A DNA stretch of 64,000 nt from contig CDRNST010000006.1 of assembly GCA_977016875.1 (NCBI GenBank), positions 6,076,001 to 6,140,000 on the forward strand, written 5' to 3'. This DNA comes from Pavona decussata. Taxonomy: Eukaryota. Made by a program: the position numbers and the translations under genes. This document shows positions 61,115-64,000 of this stretch, piece by piece. Positions within the stretch are counted from its first letter, which is position 1, and every line of letters starts with the position of its first letter. The notes under the pieces were generated by a model. The model was not told the DNA's origin and ran no database searches. It worked only from the letters and a program-made list of their open reading frames with translations.

Positions 61115-62694
61115 AAATGAGAAACTTTCAATTTTGAACAGACATTTGTTATTTTTTTGCATTGATTGTATTTGCAGTGTATTTGTTAACAAAAACGCTA
61201 AAAAAATAAATGCTTTTTGTCGCCCAATTCGTGTTTTATTCGATTGCTTTATTCGGGCGCTGCTGCAAATAAAGAAAAAGTTACCCATGAGAAAACAGAC
61301 CGCGTATTTTACATATTTAGTGGACTTTTTCGCTATAGTGGCTCTTGTTGGAGTTATGTGAAAGATCTCTAGTACTTAAAAGACCAGGACTTCCTGAAAT
61401 GTGTGAGCAGTGGCGTGAATGTCAAATCGATGACAACATTGTAGCTGATGTTTATGATGGTAACATCTGGAGAGATTTCCTTACATATAAAGGGAGTGAC
61501 TTTCTGAATGCCCCTAGAAATCTTGCATTCGCGATCAATGTGGACTGGTTTCAGCCGTTCAAGAGAAGATGTGACAGATCCATTGGTGTAATTTATTTAA
61601 ATATACTAAATCTACCAAGAGAAGAACGGTTCAAATGGGAGAACGTCATAGTAGCTGGAATTGTACCTGAAATGAGCACATTTTTGGCACCAATTGTTGA
61701 TGAGCTCAAGGCATTTTGGAAAGGCGTTAAACTTTCAACTAGTCAGAGTACAATACCCCTTAAATACCGAGGTGCCCTCCTTCTTGCTTCAGCTGATCTA
61801 CCGGCTGTGCGGAAACTGTGCAGTTTAAAAGGTCATTCAGCACATCGCGGCTGCTCAAAATGTTTTAAGTATTTTCCAGGGAGCTTTGGCGAGAAAACGG
61901 ACTACTCTGGCTTTGATAGAAACATGTGGCCTCCGCGCCATAATAGCAGTCATCGCTTACACGCAGAGATGGTTAGAAAAAGCTTCCACCCAAACAAAGC
62001 ATGAGTCATTGGCTACAAAGTATGAGGTCTATTATAGTTGCCTGTTACAGCTTGAATACTTTGATGCAGTGAGGTTCACTGCAATTGACCCCATGCATAA
62101 TTTGTTTCTAGGCACTGCAAAGAATGTTTTCAAGCTCTGGGTTAAGAAAAACTTATTATCAAAGAAAGACCTTAAAGTATTGGATGAACGTATAAATTCA
62201 TTTGATGTTGGAACAGGAATCGGAAGATTGCCACAAAGAATAGCATCCAATTATGGTGGCTACACAGCATCACAATGGAAGAACTAGACCTTGATTTACT
62301 CCATGTTTTTTTTAAAAGGCTTGTTACTAGAAAGCCATTTAAGGTGCTGGCAGACATTTGTCTTGCTTGCCAGTATCTTTGCACACCAGTTCTGTCCAAG
62401 ACTGACATTTTGAAAGCTGATCTGCTATTTGTGGAGTTTGGAGAGAGATTTGAATGTTTGTATGGGAAACAGGCTGTGACACCAAATATGCATCTCCACT
62501 GCCATTTAAAAGAATGTGTTATTGACTGTGGTCCAGTGCATTCCTTTTGATGTTTTAGCTTTGAGCGTTTTAATGGAATTCTTGGATTAATGCAAGTGAA
62601 TGGACGATCTGTTCCGGTACAGTTAATGTGTAAACTTCTAGCTCGGGGGTTTGTTTGGGATGTTCAATTTCCATGTGACTTTCAGGAAAACTTT

Positions 62695-63946
62695 TTGGTC
62701 TTGCAACAGATGGATGCAGCGTGATGACTGGCGAAAGAAATGGCGTATCTGTGCAACTTCGTAAAGAGTCCCCAATGCTTCTCAATGTCCATTGTATTTG
62801 TCATCGCCTGGCACTTGCATGTGGTGATGCAAATAATGATGTGTCCTACATTACCACCGTTGAAAAGATCCTGATCCAGCTGTGGTCATTTTTTGATAAT
62901 TCTGCAAAAAGGACTGCTGCTTATGGGAAAGCAGTTATGGCCATGGAGAAGATCAACTTGACAGCAAAAGGACGGGAAAAAGTAGCAAAGTGTTTCAAAA
63001 AAGTATGCAGAACAAGATGGTTATCAATGGAGAAAGCAATTGACAGAGTTTTTGATGATTTTGAGGCACTATGTCAGACTCTGCGCACCATGAAAGAAGA
63101 GGGCGATGCCTTGGCAACTGGTCTGCTCAACCAGACTGCTAACATCACGTTCTTGTCAACAGTTTACATGTTGCATGCTGTCTTGCCCGCCCTTGCTCAT
63201 TTAAGCAAAGCTTTTCAAGAAGGCAATGTTTCCTTGGCAGCTATCACCCCAGCTATCAAGTACACAGTTGAGACCTTACAGGATGTAGCTGCAACAGACA
63301 AGCCCTTGCGAGAGTTACAGAAAGATCTGGGCGATGGGGAAAGGCTTTCAACCTGTGAACTTCCAGCACTTACTGGCTTCCACGCGCAGAGTTTAACATC
63401 ATCACTCAGAAGTATATCACGGCGTTGAAAGAGAACATCAACAGTCGCTTTGAAGACAGCCTGCCTGTTCTGACAGCTTTTCGGATCTTTGATTTCCCTG
63501 CAGTTCCTGGGAGATCAGACCCAGCATTTAAGGATTATGGTGCTGATGATATCGAAATACTGGCCGGCTATTTCTACAATGGGCACCATAGCCAAGCGGA
63601 AATGAAGGAGGAACTGTTGTGTGAATGGCAGAAATTCAAATAGAACCTTCTGCAGATGAAGGATCAAATACCATCTGAGGTGTTGCACCTCCCACACAAG
63701 AAAGCGCTGGTTACAAAGTCCCCCACAGAATGGACTCTTGAAAAAATGTTGTCCATGCACGCCACATTCCAGCACTTCGTACCTGGTTTGCTGTGCCTTG
63801 CCGAGCTATGTCTTTCACTTCCAGTGAGCAATGCTTGGCCAGAAAGAGGAGCGTCAGCAGTGAAGAGGCTCAAGACACGAATGCAAAGTAGACTCAAGAA
63901 CGACATGCTGGGCGCACTAATGCACCATCACACTGAATGGGCCTGA
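62695..63946 (+). pseudogene. hAT transposase (ZNF862-like) C-terminal two thirds
   Basis: ATDGCSVM, HCICHRLALAC, TRWLS, LPVSNAWPERGAS; frameshift ~63410 and stop at 63641; directly abuts the CACTA fragment. Confidence 0.88.
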
Positions 63947-64000
63947 AGTTGAGGAATCTAAAATCTGATCAGTTGATTAAAGACACTGTGAAGGAGTGCA

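Larger units (their letters stand above)
58527..61370. mobile_element. PHIS (Harbinger/Pangu-like) element with ~170-bp imperfect TIRs and divergent genes
   Basis: AGAGATCTTTCACATAACTCCAACAAGAGCCACT.TAGCG.AAAAGTCCACTAAATATG... inverted at both ends; 3-bp flanks ATT/AGT. Confidence 0.88.
58390..62690 (+). pseudogene. EnSpm/CACTA (Transposase_21-like) transposase fragment, interrupted at 58527-61370
   Basis: ECGTAL..HPHKLYCFNSII left of the insertion joins LKRPG..CEQWR..DVYDG..NVDWFQPF..NLPREER..ADLPA..IDPMHNLFLG..TPNMH..FERFNGILG; many lesions. Confidence 0.9.

Noticed and set aside
1-64000. Prokaryotic origin, prophage, tRNA or rRNA genes
   Set aside because: GT-AG introns, poly(A) signals and eukaryotic transposon families throughout; no intact tRNA or rRNA recognised.

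Overview
Eukaryotic, probably animal, DNA (spliceosomal introns, microsatellites; a cnidarian/coral origin is my inference only). It consists almost entirely of nested mobile elements, with no clear host housekeeping gene. (1) 1-~12263: right part of an endogenous Polinton/Maverick (adintovirus-like) virus, with a disrupted protein-primed PolB that carries an intron inside motif B, a packaging ATPase, protease, major and minor capsid proteins, core proteins, a chromodomain integrase and a small NWGR-containing Bcl-2-like ORF. (2) A RecQ-helicase remnant of AcademH type. (3) Two divergent tyrosine-recombinase genes with the same zinc finger-acidic-YR-2xMyb-like architecture, whose zinc finger also occurs as a stand-alone Polinton ORF. 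(4) A complete Harbinger nested at two MITEs. (5) A 6.1-kb block bounded by a perfect 17-bp inverted repeat, sitting in a Penelope/hammerhead remnant, which carries a head-to-head non-RD kinase / C2H2-protein gene pair; a second diverged copy of the pair lies at 51.7-55 kb. This is the best candidate for an undescribed system. (6) An apparently intact ISL2EU element, two hAT fragments, and an EnSpm/CACTA transposase split by a long-TIR PHIS element. All calls come from reading motifs by eye; no database search was run, so novelty claims are hypotheses.
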